From: Octopus vulgaris
Lineage: Eukaryota
NCBI GenBank assembly: GCA_951406725.2
Contig: OX597829.1
Span: forward strand, 28,520,001 to 28,584,000
DNA length: 64,000 nt
Direction: 5' to 3'
In this document: piece after piece, positions 12,880 through 30,073 of the stretch
Layout: the number at the start of each line of letters is the position of its first letter
Position numbering within the stretch: position 1 is the stretch's first letter
Notes under the pieces: model-generated
Databases searched by the model: none
What the model was told of the DNA's origin: nothing
What the model saw: the letters and a program-made list of their open reading frames with translations, nothing else
Program-made: the position numbers and the translations under genes

Positions 12880-13330
12880 TGACACAAACTAATAGGTATG
12901 CCTTCTGAATGCTCAAACAGGTGTGTCACCTTTTACCTTATCTTTATTCCATGCACAATACTGGATATGCTGGCATTCAATTTCATCTTCCTTCAATATA
13001 GCGTACTGCATAACAATTCTTTTCTTCTCCTCACCATGGTGTGCCACTTAGCCATTCTTTCTGATCATCGATTTACCCAAAGAAGACCCAATCCAACTGG
13101 ATTTAATTGGATCCTCCTACTCTCTTGGATATAATGAACCACAACAAATATCATTAATGAGGAACATTCTTCCACTATCTAACCAATATTTCTCTGATGA
13201 CAGAATATCCAGCTTATAGAGTCTTCATTTGATACAATGCTCCAGTAGCTGGGATATCCCCAAAACAGCTGTCAGAGACTATCTTTACCATTTTTTACTA
13301 CTTTTGCCATTCGTTATGTAGCTAAATTTG
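12880..13330 (-). mobile_element. Highly decayed LINE (RTE-like) C-terminal fragment
   Basis: Minus-strand remnants resembling L.QL.GI....H.VSNEDL; weak. Confidence 0.3.
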
Positions 13331-13400
13331 TAAATGAAATGAAATCATATGTCCTTGACCTGCATTGACTAATTGTTTGACCTTCTTCTCTACTTTAACC

Positions 13401-13432
<32 letters not shown>

Positions 13433-13589
13433 TATATTCTATGGTTAATACAGAATTCCCAATGTATACCCAGAGATACAATCAATCTCACTGTATGAGA
13501 GCATTTGTTAGCTGGCACTTGTCTATGACCTTTGTGAAACAAACTACAGAGTTTATACAAATTGAATTGACATATGAAATACACACACA

Positions 13590-13626
<37 letters not shown>

Positions 13627-13702
13627 TTTATTTTAAGCAGCAGAAAATTCAACAAAATCTGTTACTCTGAGTTTCTCGTTGCCGTTCATGTGTTTACTCC
13701 AG
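13627..13702 (-). mobile_element. Short (TA)n-embedded 3' fragment carrying GAAACTCAGAGTA (Penelope-like by inference)
   Basis: Same 12-mer GAAACTCAGAGT as in the 53.6-53.8 kb element; (TA)n on both sides. Confidence 0.5.
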
Positions 13703-14051
13703 TATATATATATATATATATGCATACAGGTGTATACAAATATGTGTGTGTATAATAATAATAATGGGTCTCAGTCAAGATTTAGTGTCACAAGTTTTTA
13801 GCAATATGACCAACTAAGGTTGATTGAATTGGAATATGAATGATTGAGAATTCCAAAGATAGGTGTATTCTTATAATTCTCAATTAGAATCAGCTTGACA
13901 CATGTGACAAGTTTGTATCATTGAATTTTAAGCACAATCCATTATTTCATGAGCTTCCATACAAGTTCCATTTATCTAGTTCCACCCATGAGACAATTTC
14001 AGTTGATGCTGCAACAAAAGCAACTTGTGAAATTGAAATGTATTAGTTGTG

Positions 14052-14190
14052 GACTCTGCCTTTCATCCTTTCGGGGTCAATTAAATAAGTACCAGTTACA
14101 CACTGGGGTTGATATAATCGACTTGATCCATTTGTTTGTCTTTGTTTGTCCTCTCTGTGTGTAGCCCCTTGTGGGCAGCAAAGAAATAAG
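14052..14190 (+). mobile_element. SINE family B 3' half (one of few plus-strand copies)
   Basis: GCCTTTCATCCTTTCGGGGTC...AAGTACCAGTTACACACTGGGG...GCCCCTTGTGGGCAG.AAAGAAATAAG. Confidence 0.85.
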
Positions 14191-14377
14191 TTGTGATCTG
14201 AAAGTGAATCTCTTAACCATTTCTCCATATTGTGTCTACACACACACACAAAGTTGATTATGTGGAAGCAATAGTAATAGGATCCAGTGAGGAAAGTGTC
14301 GTTGGCATTGGAGGAAAGGACAGATGTGACAGCACAGGAAAAGCAAGAAGGGTCTCCAGGTTAGGTGTAGCACATGT

Positions 14378-14672
14378 TTGTTCCTTCTCGAGCCATGCCT
14401 GGCTCATAGGGCCAGTTTTCCAGTTTCCTTGGCGCATAGGTTCCCCACCTGGATGGGATGCCAGTCCATTGCTGGTGAGCTGCAAGATGCAGGAGGAAAG
14501 AGAGAAAGTTGTGGCGAAAGAGTCAGCAGAAGTTCACCATTACCTTCTGCTGGAGCAGTGTGGAACTTAGGTGTTTCGCTCATAAGCACACACATCACCT
14601 GGTCTGAGATTCGAACCCACGATCCCTCGACCGCGAGTCCGCTGCTCTAACCACTAGGCCATGTGCCTCCAC
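14378..14672 (-). mobile_element. tRNA-derived SINE (family D variant)
   Basis: Head GTGGAGGCACATGGCCTAGTGGTTAGAGCAGCGGACTCGCGGTCGAGGGATCGTGGGTTCGAATCTC with intact A/B boxes; related fragment at 15930-16180. Confidence 0.85.
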
Positions 14673-14873
14673 AGGTGAAACACATAAAATAAATGAATTA
14701 TGGGCATATAGAACATGTAGATTGCAGGTGCATTTGAAAGAAGTGGGAGAGATGGCACTCCAGTCAGACGGGAATTTGAAATATGCATAAAATAATTAAA
14801 GAGGTTAAATCAATCTATTTTAATCACTTGTACTCAAACCTACTTAATTATTCTTTATCTTTTACTTATTTAA

Positions 14874-15094
14874 CCCTTTAGCATTCGGATTCCTCTATCA
14901 AATCCAGTGCTTATTTATTCACACTGATATGAATTAGTCATGCATTACCTTGTAACTTGGAGCTTTTCAATGATGTGATTGTTTATTTTTAGAATAATAT
15001 TGTAGGGTAAGAGTGAGAGGCCAGATCTGCTCAGCTTGAAGATAATACAGGCAGATTATTTTGGTCAGATATGGCTGGTTTTAAAACTAAAGGG
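14874..15094. mobile_element. piggyBac-like MITE inserted into an old family A SINE (14850-15465)
   Basis: TTAA|CCCTTTAG...CTAAAGGG|TTAA; the SINE tail sequence continues across the insertion. Confidence 0.85.
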
Positions 15095-15714
15095 TTAAAT
15101 TATTGGACTGTTGGTTGGGGTACTGCCATTGAGGGTTTAGCTGAACAAATCGATCCCAGTACTCATTTGTTTCCATTAAGCCTGATACTGATGTCATAGG
15201 TCTCTTGCCAAACCACTAAGTTACAGGAATGTTAACAAACCAACAAGTGATTGTCAAGTATTTGGAGGTGAGGGGCAAATACAAACATAACCCCCCACCA
15301 CACACACACAAGTATATATAATGGACTTCCACATAATTTCCATCAATTTACTCACAAGACATTGGTTGGCCCAACGCTATATTAAAAGACATGCCCCAAA
15401 AGCCACACAGTCAGACTGAAACCAAAACAAAATGGTTGCTAAGCGAACTTCTTAACCACACAGTTAAGCTAGGAACTATTAATTAAAAATTTGAAACATG
15501 GCAGTATGAAATATGACAGAAGATGCTATATTTGCGATGAAGGTACAGCTTGTGGTTCTTGTCTCATACCAACATGCTGATTGCTTTTCAAAGAACACAT
15601 TTAATATTGTCTGCATCTTCTTGAGTCTTCTCTCATGAAGCAGTTCACAGTAGCATGATATCGTATCCAGAACACTTGGCCCTAATTTATTGCAGTGTTG
15701 GCCAACTCAGGTTA

Positions 15715-15912
15715 TCATCATCATCAACATTTAACATCCATTTTTTATGCTGAATGGCTTTACAGGAACTAGCAAGGCCAAAGGACACACCAAGTTCCAA
15801 AGTCAGTTTTGGCTTGGTTTCTATAACTGGATGCCTTTCCTAATACCAACCACTTTACAAAGTGTACTGGGTGCTTTTTACTTGGCACCAACACCAGTGC
15901 ATTTTACATTGC
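15715..15912 (-). mobile_element. RTE-type 3' end (family C), degenerate
   Basis: CATCATCATC...GGATGCCTTTCCTAATACCAACCAC...GGGTGCTTTTTAC. Confidence 0.65.
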
Positions 15913-16189
15913 ACCAGCAACCATTATTTTTATTTATGCACCCTTTTCAAGCCTAGCCAGGCTCATGGGCCCGGTTTCTCGGTTTCTGTGGCACATGTGT
16001 TCCCCCCCAGCTGAACGGGATGCCAGTCCATCGCAGTGTTACTCCAGAAACAAGAAGAAAGAGTGAGAGAAAGTAGGGGGTGAAAGAGTACAACAGAGGT
16101 TGCCACCACCCCCTGCCATAGCCTTGTGAAGCTTTAGGTGTTTTCGCTCAATAAACACACAACATCCAGTCTGGGAATCTGTGGCAGAG

Positions 16190-16648
16190 TCTTTAGGCTC
16201 CTTCCTGATGTGATGCTGTCCTAACTCCTGAAGATCTTCACTAGGTAAACTTTTAGCATGAGACTATTAACTTTCACAAATCTTTTACATTGACATTTTT
16301 GCATTCTTGCTTCGTTGGCCATTGTAGCTTTAGTCTTGTCAAAGCCCTGCATAAGCGATAATTCTAGTAAGAGTGAGAGTATTTGAAGGTGCCGCCTACC
16401 AGTCTTGTCTCGGTGCTATTTTTCTTTTGTTCATTAGCAGGTATTATTCGCCTCTAGTTTTTCAGACACTTGTCTAGATCCAGCTTCCAGTGGGTACAAA
16501 CATCAGCAAATATTCTCCCACCATTCAACAACAATGTAGAGACTTCGTATCTCTCTTGCAGACATCTTTGAAATGAAGGTGGTAGTTGTTGTGTCTTTTG
16601 AGATCTTGCCATCTGGCATGTGGTGTATGTGACACAAATCTTAAGAAC
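16190..16648 (-). mobile_element. Decayed RTE-clade LINE C-terminal fragment (second subfamily)
   Basis: Minus translation contains HMPDGKISKD and LHFKDVCKRDTKSL, matching the RTE pattern RMPDGRIPKD...LRFKDVCKRD. Confidence 0.7.
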
Positions 16649-16664
16649 TACAAAAGATATATTA

Positions 16665-17038
16665 CCTTTTATGCTCTAATTGTTTCAGTCATTTGACTGT
16701 GGCCATGCTGGGGCACCACCTTGAAGAATTCTTAGTCAAATGAATCAACCCCAGTACTTTTTTTTAAAAGCCTGGTACTTATCCTATTGATCTCTTTTGC
16801 CAAAGCGCTAAGTTACAGGGACATAAACACACCATTAGTGATGGCGGCGGCGAGAACAGAGATACAAAGACACATATATATGATGGGCTTCTTTCAGTTT
16901 CCATCTACTGAATCTACTCACAAGGCTTTGATTGGCCCAAAGTTGAAGACACTTGCCCAAGGTGCCATGCAGTGGGATTGAAACCAGAACCATGTGATTG
17001 GGAAGCAAGCTTCTTACCACACAGCCACCCCTGCACCT
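16665..17038 (-). mobile_element. SINE family A
   Basis: Homology to 2473-2873. Confidence 0.85.
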
Positions 17039-17354
17039 ATATATATATGTAGTCTACTGAAAAAGATGCTTGTATAAAATTGTGGAAAATCATTTTGGTA
17101 AACTTTGAAAAAGTTTTTCATTGAAATAATTGGTGAATATATTTGCAGATTTTTCAATCCTGCATCACTGAAAACAAAAGCTAGAAGAAAAAGAAGATAG
17201 AAATAAAATAAATAAAGTCAACAAGAACATTAGAGAAAGAGAACTAAGGGAATTGTGAAATTAAGGCAGGAGTTGAAGAATGTAATTTAGTTATATTATA
17301 TAGTAGAGCAAGTATTTTCATTGGAAGTTATCAGATTTCTCAGATATACATATA

Positions 17355-17708
17355 CTCTCTTCTACTCTTTTACTTGTTTCAGTCATCTGACTGTGGCCAT
17401 GCTGGAGCACTGCCTTTAGTCGAGCAAATCAACCCCAGGACTTATTCTTTGTAAGCCTAGTACTTATTCTATCAGTCTCTTTTGCCAAACTGCTAAGTTA
17501 CGGGGACATAAACACATCAGCATCGGTCGTCAAGCGGTGTTGGGGTGACAAACAGACACACAAACATATATGACAAGCTTCTTTCAGTTTCCGTCTACCA
17601 AATCCACTCACAAGGCTTTGGTCGGCCCAAGGTGCTATGCAGTGGGACTGAACCTGGAACCATGTGGTTGGTAAGCAAGCTACTTACCACACAGCCACTC
17701 CTGCACCT
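17355..17708 (-). mobile_element. SINE family A
   Basis: Homology to 2473-2873. Confidence 0.88.
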
Positions 17709-17905
17709 ATATATATATATATGACGAGCTTTCAGTTTCTGTCTACCAAATCCTCTCACAATTTCTCATCAAAGACAGCATTTAATTGTATGGAGAGAGA
17801 GAGACAGACAGAGAAAAAGAGAAAGAGAGAGAGATTGAAAAAAGTGAGATTCTGTTAAAAGATATTTTTAAATGGTTCTCTTTCTTTAATATTTTGCACA
17901 ATATA

Positions 17906-18117
17906 TAAGGGGTTACTGAAAAGTTCCTGGCTTTAAAGGTATCACTAAAAGCCTGGTTGGAGGCACACCCTTCCGAGTTCTTTTACAAAGCTTAGGAAAA
18001 CTGAAGGACCACTGTAATAAGAGTGTAAATCTGAGAGGGGAATATGTTGAATAAAATCATAATTAACAGCTGATCCTTTTGTATACCCAAAGCCAGAAAC
18101 TTATCAACACCCCCTCA
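17906..18117 (+). mobile_element. Internally deleted mariner element (MITE) retaining the transposase C-terminus
   Basis: TIRs TAAGGGGTTACTGAAAAGTTCCTGGCTTT / AAAGCCAGAAACTTATCAACACCCCCTCA with TA flanks. Interior reads WLEAHPSEFF and, after a frameshift, LGKLKDHCNKSVNLRGEYVE*, matching the mariner KL..RW.KC....GDYVE end. Confidence 0.85.
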
Positions 18118-18954
18118 TATAAAGAAAAAAAAATAAACAAAAAAAGCAAAGAAAAAAAAGCAGAGCATGACATTTTGACAAGGTATTTTTATGTACAGAG
18201 TTATGTAACAGCCATGACAATTAACTAAATGATACAAATATTACGGTATATACAATAGATATCACACATTTATAATTGTAGAACACAAAGTTGATAAATG
18301 ATTACCAATACAGTTCCAACAAATAGATATGGACATAAACCATTAGGGAAGCAATTCTTTTTCATTTTTTTATCATTAATGTCTCTAAGAGGTGCTCTTT
18401 ATTTATTTATTTATTTCTGTTAAGTTAGCCTTCACTTTGGTCTTCGATACAAATAGCAAAGATTTGATTAAAATATTTTTTTTTACAATTTTACAGTGTA
18501 TGTGCCTGAAAAAAAAAAAAGAAAAGAAAAAACAACAACAACAACATAAAAAAACTGTATGCTCTAGACATAAACAATATAATTAATTAACAATCCTGAT
18601 ATTAAAAAAAAATAATAATAATATTGACATTGATGATACAGTTTAAACATAAGATATACAGGGAAAAAAAAAATTAAACAAAAAATTCCAATATAAACAA
18701 ATTTTTGCATGAAATCATAGCTAATTTATCGATTCTGTTAGTTTTATGAAACTTATGTTATGAAGTACAAATGCTGTACTGTTTTGCAGTGTGTCTGTGA
18801 ATATAGATATGTGTGTATGTAAGGATGTTTGTGTTGTTTATATATACACACACACAAATATATGTATATATTCATATATACATATGTATGTACGCATGTG
18901 TATATATGTATATGTATGTATTTATACAAGTCTAACTCTCTAATCTACATACAT

Positions 18955-19005
<51 letters not shown>

Positions 19006-19896
19006 ATATATGCACATACATACACACACATATATATGCCGATATAAAATACACACATTTATATATGGATGTACAAATGGGAAAAAAATGCACTTGATAC
19101 ATGTGGTAGAGTATTTTTTATTCAATTTGGAGCTGGTGATTCACATTGTTGCTGCTCAGAGTTTCATACTATGGATAATCCTTCAGATAACAATTAATGT
19201 CTTTCTGTCCCCTGAAGGAGTACACAAACACACACATGTATGTATGTGCATGCTGCTTACACAAAGCAATAAAAATTAAATCCAATAAGGTCTTGAGAAT
19301 AAAGAAAGATTAATTATCAACAAACTTTAACAAGGTGCTGAGCTGACCTTACAGAAGCACACAAATATTCTTTGTGGTGGGAAAAGTACCCTTGGTAGTA
19401 GCCTCTCTCACCTTTCATAGAAACAATTGAAATCAATCGGAAAATAACACACTAACAACTTATCAGCTTCTAGGTGTATTCTTTGTTTCTGTTTTGGTAG
19501 GTTTGTAAATATTTTATTTACCTCACATCAGTGTGCTAAAACAAAGTCAAACAGCTTTGTATTTTTGCCTAAATATTTTTTTAATACTAGAATATGGCTC
19601 AAAAAATTGGCTGGAGACAGTGGTGGTGGTGGTGGTGGTAGCAATAGTGGTGAGGATTACAGTGGTTGAGAATGAACTTGTGTTTATTACTGGCACTTTA
19701 ATTTATCAAACTTACACTGAAGTGGGGAAAGAAAAAGGCAAGACTGGGTAGGATTTGAACTCAGAATGAAAAATGACAAAATAATATATATGTAATCTAT
19801 TATATATATTGCATTTAGCCTAAAACTAGTTATCTCTGATATGTAACCTCATTATGTGAATACACATATAAACTCACACATATCATTTGAATGTGC

Positions 19897-19931
<35 letters not shown>

Positions 19932-20138
19932 TACATATATATATGTATATATATATATATAAATACGTAATATTTGCATTCATTTAAGAATATGAGTAAA
20001 TATACAGCTGAGAGCATAAAACCCCAGGCTAACCATTCTTACATGTATATTTTACTCATATTGATCAATGTATACAAGTACAAAACTCTGCATCTATATA
20101 GAGTTCTATAATTTCTTTATATTATTTATCAAGCACAA

Positions 20139-20187
<49 letters not shown>

Positions 20188-21761
20188 TACAGGCATGGCT
20201 GCGCATCTAACTTCAATTCCACTGCATAGAATCTTTTGTAAGTGGCTTCTACCAAGGGTCTGGGTGGATTAAAAAAAACCCTGCAGGTGAAATTTGGCAA
20301 TCAGAAATGGTGTAGAAGCCTGTTGGATGAAGAAAATAATTCAAAGACTCATTTTAGGTGGAAGGCAGTGGGTACAGAAATAGAATCCCAGAGGTAGGCA
20401 TTGGCAATCTAATTCTGTAATGTGTACTGGCAGGAAAGCTTTGTGGATGTCAATATCCTACAAGAGCTCCAGAAGTCAGATTTGACTTGATAGTTTCATC
20501 CATGTATATAATGTAAATTTAGCATATAAGACACACACACATACTAATTATTAGTGATGGAAAGAGTATTAATGCCAAAACGTTAATCATTATATCCATG
20601 GATGCCTTGTTAACACAAATACTGTTATTAGCCAGTTGGATCCCACAAGCCTAATAACACAGTATTCGGTGTTCTAACAAGGTATTCATGTTAAGTTGGA
20701 TATATATATATATATGTATATCCAACTTTTATATATGTATGTGTTATATATATATATATATTCGTATGTGACAGAGAGAGAGACAGACAGATAGTCAAAG
20801 AGAATGCTTTGTGGCATTTATTCTGGGCATCTGTGTTCAAATTCCACCACCACTGGACAACTTGCCCTTTATCCTTTTAGGGTTGATAAATACTGTCCAA
20901 AGGGTTTGGTTTAGTGGGGTTACTTGAGTGTCCCATTGGATGGTCTGTGATATTTGATTTATGTCAGGTCTTTGTATTCTTATGGCAATGTCTGTGAGTA
21001 CAGGGATTGGGGGGAGGGAGCACTTGGCTTGAATCTGTGCCCTCAAGAGGAAGTTTCAAGGTACACAGCCATGGTCTCAAGACTAGAGAGAGATGAGTGC
21101 TTAACATATGTTATAGAGTATGTGATTTATTAAAACTAAATATTTATCTCGTGATTGCTGTTTCACACTATTTGTAATCTTTGCTATACACACACATATA
21201 AATATATGCACATATCTGTATATATATATACACACACACATGTTTATTTTTACTGTCTTCCTCACTTCTCTCTATATGCATAAAAGTTGCTAAAAGCTAC
21301 ACTACAATGAATGATACTTATAGAACAAAAAATGAAATTAAAATGAATATGAAATGTAGCAAAAATAAGAAAAAATTCATAATAGAGAAAATAACATACT
21401 ACATATTGTTATCCATATTATATTTTACTCTGATTAATACTATTTAATATTGAGATTATATACCCATAAATATAGGTGTTATATGTGTGTGTGAGTGAAG
21501 TGTTGTTAACATCATATTCTGGGAGCTGGAGGTCGGGGCAGTGTGGTCAAAGTTGAAGTCATTTCTTAACAACAAGCCACTTAATTGTTAAGCTATGGAA
21601 AGGGTTGATGAGCTGAGCTGTCAGAGGAGGAACCCTCCAATGCGATCAGTTGAACTGGCAGAAATGGTAGCCAAACAACATTCTACCATCTGAAAAACAG
21701 GATAGATTCATTTGAGCGATTTAATATTGGATAAGCCAGTTCAAAACAGGGGTTTATTTAG

Positions 21762-21948
21762 CCCTTTAGCATTTAAACCTGCCAAAATATTCTGCATATT
21801 TGCTGTTTAAACTGGCCAGACCTGGCCTCTAACACCTACCCTACAATGTAAATCTACAATCTTGTAGCTACGAGATAATGCACGATTAATTCAAAACATG
21901 TAAATAAATAAGTATTACATTTGACAGAATAATCTGAATGCTAAAGGA
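21762..21948. mobile_element. piggyBac-like MITE (same family as 14874-15094)
   Basis: CCCTTTAGCATT...AATGCTAAAGGA|TTAA. Confidence 0.8.
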
Positions 21949-22287
21949 TTAATCAATTTTGAAAATAATGAAGAATTTAGTAGAATAACTGTGTCGTTAT
22001 AAGCTGGTGTTTGGAACATACATTAACATAAAAGATTTTATTATATATATATATATACATACATACACACACACATTGTAGTCCAGATGTGCTAAGGTCT
22101 AATATTGTAAAAGCTGATTCTAGGTATTTTCAATCATAGAAAACCTAGGGCTTAATACTACCACTGTCACCACCACTATAACCACCATTTTGGAAACAAA
22201 AACTTGATGAGACTGCCATTAATTCATCAAATATTGCAATTCCTCTGTGCTGATTCCTAGATATAAAATAAATTGAGAAACAACCAA

Positions 22288-22353
<66 letters not shown>

Positions 22354-22402
22354 GACTTACAAATAAACTTTGCAAATTTAATGACATATGTAATTAAATA
22401 TA

Positions 22403-22798
22403 GGCGCAGGAGTGGCTGTGTGGTAAGTAGCTTGTTTACCAACCACATGGTTCTGGGTTCAGTCCCACTGCGTGGCACCTTGGGCATGTGTCTTCTACTA
22501 TAGCCTCGACCGACCAAAGCCTTGAGTGGATTTGGTAGACGGAAACTGAAAGAAGCCCGTTGTATATATGTATATATATGTGTGTGTGTTTGTTTGTGTG
22601 TCTGTGTTTGTCCCTCTAGCATTGCTTGACAACCGATGCTGGTGTGTTTATGTCCCCATCACTTAGCGGTTCGGCAAAAGAGACCGATAGAATAAGTACT
22701 GGGCTTACAAAAGAATAAGTCTCGGGGTCGAGTTGATTGACTAAAGGCGGTGCTCCAGCATGGCCACAGTCAAATGACTGAAACAAGTAAGAGAGAGA
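22403..22798 (+). mobile_element. SINE family A, full length
   Basis: Intact tRNA head, body and GAAACAAGTAAGAGAG tail. Confidence 0.92.
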
Positions 22799-23109
22799 GT
22801 ATGTGTGTGTGTGAAAATGTTGGATTCACTTGAAGTATCATTATTTCACTTACGTTAACATAGCTATTTAATTTTATTTTCATTGCTGAATTTGAATTAT
22901 CAATTGAAACAAAACTCTAAGTCACAGATAATTAAATACGGAAATTAGCTTGTTAGCAAATTAAAGTATGTCATTATCCTCATCAATACATACACTCACA
23001 AACATACGCAGGTGAAAGTGACTGCAATACAGTAGTATGTTTCTATAATGCCGATGACAATGTTGATATAATAATAATAATACTAATAATAATAATAGTA
23101 GTAGTAGTA

Positions 23110-24180
23110 GTTTCTGAATTAGACACAGGATCATCAAATAGGTGTGAGGGGTTTATTAGATTATACAAACCCAATTTTTGACTGGTACTTTGTTTCATTG
23201 ACCCACCCCATCCCAATAAAAAACAAAAAAAGGGATGAAAGGTAAAGTTGACCTTGGTGGAACTTGAATTCTCTAGAAAATAAAGAGATGGAAGAAATAC
23301 AAGAAAGAATTTTTTTTCTCACTGTCTTAAATAAACAATCTCTTTACACTAGCATAAAAAAAAAAGCCAACCTTGCCAGTACTTTATTTTTCTGATACCT
23401 ATTAATTATATGGTCCTAGTGGGGTTTGAACATCATACTGTTGTTCAATAACCTAGTTCACTGTGTGTGGTTTGGGTTTTGCTATGATGTTTTTTATTCA
23501 CTGTCTCACTGTGCCATATTATTATCAACAAAAACATACCACCATCATTACTACAACTGCTTCTATAGCAACTACTTCTATTACTACTAACAATGTCTAA
23601 CTTAGGTACCAGGCTGTATACATTCCGTTTGATAGATGAAGTTGTCTATTTTGATGCTCCAACATACATGCCCTTCTGGTACTGTATTTTATCAGCCAAT
23701 GAAAAAATGAAAAATGAGGGGACAATTTTGGCAGGATTTGAACTCAGAATGTAAAGAGATGCAACTAAACAACAACAATTAATTCAAATTTTGGCACAAG
23801 GCCAGCAATTTTGGGGGAGGGAATAAGTTGACTACATCAACTCCAATATTCAAATGGTACTTATTTTATTGACCCTAGAAGGTTGAAAGGCAAAGCTGAC
23901 CTTAAAGGTATTTGAACTCAGCATATAAAGAACCATGAAAAGTGCCATCAAGCATTATATCCATTGTGGTTATAAATTCTGCCAGCTTCACACCTTAATA
24001 ATAATAATAATGTTGATTTCTGATATAAACACAAGGAGGCAATTTTAAGTTGATAACCATTTACCTAGGTACTTTATAATACTGACCCTGTGGAGGAATG
24101 AAAAGCAAAGTTTATTTTGGTGGAATTTGACCCCACAAAGCATTTTCTCCCATCACTAGCAATTTTGCTGATACACTGAT
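23110..24180 (-). mobile_element. Cluster of about four co-oriented SINE family B copies
   Basis: Repeated GGCACAAGG...GGTACTT...GATGAAAGG.AAAG.TGAC...GAATTTGAAC units separated by (AAT/AAC)n. Confidence 0.75.
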
Positions 24181-24458
24181 CTTGTAACAGTAAATAATGA
24201 TAACATTAATAATAATTAATCATAATGGTGGCACTAATGATTTTATATATATATAAGTGTACAAAGTAAAAAAAGACAGGAGCACACCTGGTTTTTCATG
24301 AAGAAAAACAGGAGAAAATTTTGGCAGTTAATGAATGTTTTTTTGTTTATATGTATAAAACACAAACCATATACATTTATTATATGCATATACTATATAT
24401 ATATATATATATATACATATACAATATACATATATATATATATCAGTTTAAAAATGTG

Positions 24459-24499
<41 letters not shown>

Positions 24500-25045
24500 A
24501 ATGTATACATACAGATGTCTTTCTATATAAATACATACAGGTTTACATATGTGCTCTACATATGAGAGTAAGCATTTATGTAGATGTATGTGTGTATGTA
24601 TGTGTGTTAGAGTGTATAGGTGAAAGTGTTTGTATTTCCTTCTTTGCTTCCCATTTTTAACAATCAGCCAATAATCAATCATAAACAAGACATCTTATGC
24701 ATAGACAAAAACTGACCAACAGGTGACCACCACAGCTGAAACATAGAACAAAGCTATGAGTCTGATGGAACTGGATTATAAAACTTTCCATCTGACAGAA
24801 ATGCACATCTGTGTGTGTATGTGAGTGAGTGTGCAGATGTGTGTGCGTGTGTGTGTATGTGTGTGTGCACCAGTGTATGTGTGTGTTTGTGTGTAACTGC
24901 ATGCATATTTGTCTGGGCATATATGTTTAAAACAAAATGTCTGTGTTTCAATATTCGAGAGGGAAAGATATATACATATATATTTACATACATATACATA
25001 CATGCATATATCTATATATCTATATGTATGTTTGTATGTATGCAT

Positions 25046-25104
<59 letters not shown>

Positions 25105-25199
25105 GGGAGATTGTGTTTTTTATTTTTCGGGAGATCTTGTGTAACTATCTACAAGCATTAATGCTTACAGTTGGCTGAACACAAATACAATTTTAGCGT

Positions 25200-28945
<3,746 letters not shown>

Positions 28946-29527
28946 ATGAAAAAAGCATAAATAATTCTTCAGATATAATGTGACAAAACTGAAAAAAATA
29001 TGATTACTTTAATAATAACTATTGACTTTGAACTTTTATATATAAACTCTAACAAAAGTTGCAAAAAAAAAAAAATTCAAAATTCAATGAGGGTTATAAC
29101 AGACATGATACTGAACTCATAAATGAAGGTGGGTGGGGAATTTAAATTGAAAGGGTAGTAAAAGTAAAAAAAAAAGAAAAAAATTGAAAAAAAAAAAGAG
29201 AAATAATAAATAAACAAAACGATATTATATTTTGTTTTTCTACATGGTCTTGCCTTTAAATTTACCTTTCAATGTCAATTTATATCACAATTTCGTCGCA
29301 AGACATTTTTTTTTGAAAAGATTTTTCATTTTTTTTTTATCTGTATTTCTTTTTAATCCACTGTGAGAGATTTAGATTTAAAAAAAAATTTACTGCTCTT
29401 TATTGAGTTGTATAGAATATGATGGTGAAGTAGGTATATGTATGTTTGAAAGTTAAAGAAAAAATAATAAGTACATATACAGTTACACACATGTGATGTG
29501 TGTGTGTGTGTGTGTATACAACATACG

Positions 29528-29581
<54 letters not shown>

Positions 29582-29584
29582 GAG

Positions 29585-29772
29585 GAGTGAGAATTTACAA
29601 AAAAACAAAAGATGAAGAAGGGTGTGTAAACAACAAACAGATGTATTAGTGTAGCGCTCGGGAAGTGAGAAATTCTTTTACATTTTGAGCCTATGCTCTT
29701 TGACAGAAAGGAACACAGAAATAAAACAGGGATAGAAAATAGGAAAAGGTTTAGTGGCTAGCAATCTTTCAT
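29585..29772 (-). mobile_element. Microsatellite-embedded element 3' end with a degenerate hammerhead-like motif (Penelope-like by inference)
   Basis: Minus strand TTTCTGTCAAA-GAGC-ATAG-GCTC-AAAATGTAAAAGA; (TA/GA)n flank. Confidence 0.45.
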
Positions 29773-30033
29773 GTGTATATATATACACACACACGTGCAT
29801 ACATGTATATACAGAAATAGATAGAAGAAATTAAAAGAAAAAATGAGATGTACAAAGAAAAATAATAAAGGTGACAAATAAAAATAAAATGAAGCATTAC
29901 CATTATGCGAAGATGAAAAAATTTTGAAGAACTTTTTCTTAAATCTATTGTAAACAAACACAGAGCTCTCAAAAAAAGAAAAATATATATATAAGCCCTA
30001 CATTTTTGTGAAATGATTTGTTAAGTCTTAATA

Positions 30034-30073
<40 letters not shown>

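Noticed and set aside
14600-14672. tRNA-like sequences (also 22403-22480, 9475-9547, 2036-2110)
   Set aside because: They are SINE heads running into repeated SINE bodies and lack a complete acceptor stem; not tRNA genes
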